In this document: positions 61,623 through 64,000 of the stretch, one piece after another | Layout: each line of letters begins with the position of its first letter | Position numbering within the stretch: position 1 is the first letter of the stretch | Assembly: GCA_025655455.1 (NCBI GenBank) | Contig: JAHXIV010000006.1 | Coordinates: forward strand, 20,045-84,044 | Reading direction: 5' to 3' | DNA: 64,000 nucleotides | DNA from: a gamma proteobacterium symbiont of Taylorina sp. | GTDB lineage: Bacteria > Pseudomonadota > Gammaproteobacteria > GRL18 | The notes under the pieces: generated by a model | The model's database searches: none | What the model was told of the DNA's origin: nothing | Seen by the model: the letters and a program-made list of their open reading frames with translations, nothing else | Position numbers and translations under genes: made by a program

Positions 61623-64000
61623 ATGATACAAACTCTCAGACTGACCCTTAAATTATTTAAGCGTGAATTTCAATATGGTGAATTAAGCTTATTATTTTTT
61701 TCACTGCTCATTGCGACAGGAAGCATGAGCAGCATCGGGTTTTTAATCAAACGTATTGATACCTCGATGAGCAGTCATGCCAATCAGCTTAATGGTGCAC
61801 AATTAATTTTAAAATCATCGACTGCAATACCCGATAACTGGTTAGAAAAGGCAAAGGAGCTGGGACTTGCACAGGCTCAAATGCAGATATTCACCAGTAT
61901 GCTGGTGCTTAATAATGAATTTAAACTGGCACAAATAAAGGCTGTTTCGGATAATTTTCCTTTGCAGGGAGAGATGAATGTCAGAAAAAAAATAAACTCC
62001 ACAGCAGCAAAAGCGCCCCCGAAAGGTGAAGTCTGGATAGATAAGCGTCTGGCACTCTTGTTTAAATTTTCTTTGGAAAAGAATAATGATGAAGCCAATC
62101 CAAGAGTGGAATTGGGGGAAGCAGAATTTCAGGTCAGTGGTATTCTTGAGCGAGTACCAGGACAGTCTAATACTCTGTTTAGTATTGCACCAACTGCTAT
62201 GATTAATCTATCTGATCTCTCTTTGACAGAAACCATTCAACCCGGCAGTCGGGTGAATTATCTGTATTTTTTTTCAAATTCCAGTGACTCAGTCTCATCT
62301 GAGACTCATCAGCCAATGAACTTGCCCGCTGTCGTTTTGCAAACATCTTTACCTGCAAATAAGACAGAGGACAAGTTTATGTTTGAAAAGAGCTTGGAAA
62401 AATATCAACATTGGTTAAGAGAAAAATTAAATCCTGGACAATCTCTTCGTTCCGGGGTCGAAGATTTAAAAGCCGTTAATAGCAATTTACAAAAAGCCGG
62501 TAATTTCCTTTCTCTAGCTGCTGTTTTAACAATATTACTGGCGGCAGTAGCAATAATAATTAATGCTCATCGTTATGCTCAGAAGCAATATAAAAACTAT
62601 GCCATTATGCTTTGTCTGGGCTGTAGTGAAAAACGTATTATGCTGATTGAATTATATAAATTATTGACCCTGGGCATTATAGGCAGTATCGCTGGTATTA
62701 TTCTGGGTTATTTTGTTTATCTTGGACTTGTGACAGCCATTGATGAAGTGATATCCATTGATAGTGAAAATAGAGAAAAAATCTATTGGATGCCGGTCTG
62801 GGTGAGTCTGATTTGCGGTTTGTTCTTATTGTTGAGTATTTCCGTGTCCAACCTGCTCCAGTTAAAAAAAATATCCCCCATGGGACTGATTAGAAAAGCT
62901 TCTACTTTCGAAAAAATTTCTGCTGATAATAAAATCTTTATTAGCACTGAAAAGATCAAGAGCATCGGATATTATTTAATGAGTCTTTTGGGCTTATTCA
63001 CTATTTCTGTCTGGTATACCGATAATATTAGCATCACTTCATTATTTTTTCTGGTATTGACTCTGAGTTCTCTGATACTTTATTTTTCAGCACAATTTTT
63101 GTTGACTCATCTTATTCAATGGACTCGTTCCTATCGATTGATAAACAGATTAACGCTGTTAAATTTACAACGTCATAAACAGGCTGTTTTATTACAGATA
63201 ACGACTTTTAGTCTGATTTTTGCACTATTAATTTTAATTTTTTTAGTACGAACAGAATTGCTGGATAAATGGCAGCAGCAATTTCCTGATGAAACACCCA
63301 ATCATTTTGTTATTAATGTGCAAAGTGATGAGAAGGCGGCATTTAATAATTTCCTGCAGCAGCAGGCAATCAAAAGCCAGGGTTTATTCCCTATGGTCAG
63401 AGGTCGGTTAACACATTTAAATTATCGACCAATTAAAGAAAACATACCTGAAACAGCACAGGATCATAATGCCCTGAATCGTGAATTGAATTTGAGCTAT
63501 GCTCCTATATTTGAAGAGATAAAAGATGTAACACAGATTTCAATAGAAAGCAGTCTGGCTAAGGCGCTGGGAATTCAACAGGGAGATCGACTAGGTTTTC
63601 GGGTAGGTTCGCAACAATTAGAGGGAATAGTTGCTCTAATAAGAAAGGTCAAATGGGATTCATTTCAACCTAACTTTTATATTATTTTTTCTCCCGGAGA
63701 GATAGAACAATATCCCATGACCTGGATTGCCAGTTTTTATTTAGCAGAGAATGAACAATACAAACTGAATCAATTAATGGAAAAGTTTCCTGGTATTACA
63801 ATGATTGAAGTAGATGAAATTCTCAAAGAAGTGCAATTTATTATTGATAAGGTATCTAATGCCATAGAAATTATATTTTTCTTTATTATGGGAGCCGGTG
63901 CCTTGATACTGATCTCATCGTTATTATCAACCATGTCATCGCGGATGTATGAAAATGCAGTGATTCGTACCTTAGGTGCCAGCAGTAGACAATTGAGATA
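61623..64000 (+). CDS. ybbP: FtsX-like ABC permease, 3'-partial (absent from the ORF track)
   Basis: GGAG ribosome-binding site and ATG 61623; MIQTLRL...KREFQYGEL; GSRVNY; same frame at window end (RTLGAS). Confidence 0.85.
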   Translation, partial: MIQTLRLTLKLFKREFQYGELSLLFFSLLIATGSMSSIGFLIKRIDTSMSSHANQLNGAQLILKSSTAIPDNWLEKAKELGLAQAQMQIFTSMLVLNNEFKLAQIKAVSDNFPLQGEMNVRKKINSTAAKAPPKGEVWIDKRLALLFKFSLEKNNDEANPRVELGEAEFQVSGILERVPGQSNTLFSIAPTAMINLSDLSLTETIQPGSRVNYLYFFSNSSDSVSSETHQPMNLPAVVLQTSLPANKTEDKFMFEKSLEKYQHWLREKLNPGQSLRSGVEDLKAVNSNLQKAGNFLSLAAVLTILLAAVAIIINAHRYAQKQYKNYAIMLCLGCSEKRIMLIELYKLLTLGIIGSIAGIILGYFVYLGLVTAIDEVISIDSENREKIYWMPVWVSLICGLFLLLSISVSNLLQLKKISPMGLIRKASTFEKISADNKIFISTEKIKSIGYYLMSLLGLFTISVWYTDNISITSLFFLVLTLSSLILYFSAQFLLTHLIQWTRSYRLINRLTLLNLQRHKQAVLLQITTFSLIFALLILIFLVRTELLDKWQQQFPDETPNHFVINVQSDEKAAFNNFLQQQAIKSQGLFPMVRGRLTHLNYRPIKENIPETAQDHNALNRELNLSYAPIFEEIKDVTQISIESSLAKALGIQQGDRLGFRVGSQQLEGIVALIRKVKWDSFQPNFYIIFSPGEIEQYPMTWIASFYLAENEQYKLNQLMEKFPGITMIEVDEILKEVQFIIDKVSNAIEIIFFFIMGAGALILISSLLSTMSSRMYENAVIRTLGASSRQLR
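62319..62377. repeat. Palindromic repeat, copy C, in frame within ybbP
   Basis: 62326-62370 differs from copy A by about 4 substitutions and 1 gap. Confidence 0.85.

Noticed and set aside
268-62965. The many 60-135 aa ORFs overlapping or antisense to larger genes
   Set aside because: They are shadow frames of well-supported genes, with no motifs or ribosome-binding sites
1-64000. CRISPR array, rRNA, tRNA, integron attC array
   Set aside because: No regularly spaced identical repeats with unique spacers, and no tRNA or rRNA hallmarks seen. The tatA-tatB repeats are too degenerate and no cas or intI gene is present.

Overview
AT-rich (by eye under ~40% GC) chromosome segment of a gammaproteobacterium. 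TusA, DsrE2-like, rhodanese and CbbQ/CbbO-like genes hint at a marine sulfur-metabolising lifestyle (inference). The backbone is housekeeping: nadB-ygfX-ygfZ, oadGA, recCBD, hisBHAFIE-hinT-tatABC, fnr, thiO, nadC, ampD, a methylcitrate operon (prpE-gntR-prpBCD), lrp/leuA and tesA/ybbA/ybbP. I found no rRNA, tRNA, CRISPR array or intact transposase. The most interesting items are: (1) two distant secreted paralogs with unrelated N-terminal passenger domains on a shared ~270-aa FecR-like plus beta-sandwich tail, one carrying a near-perfect 327-bp-period domain duplication; (2) a palindromic intergenic repeat family with one copy in frame inside ybbP; (3) a small toxin-antitoxin island bracketed by GGGGTC(A/G)GAGTCA motifs, including an in-frame ParD-ParE fusion; (4) a TetR-DsrE2 module with twin operators; (5) an orphan CbbQ/vWA pair; (6) a 162-bp MITE; (7) an unusual fnr leader. 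All annotation is by motif recognition only; no searches were run.
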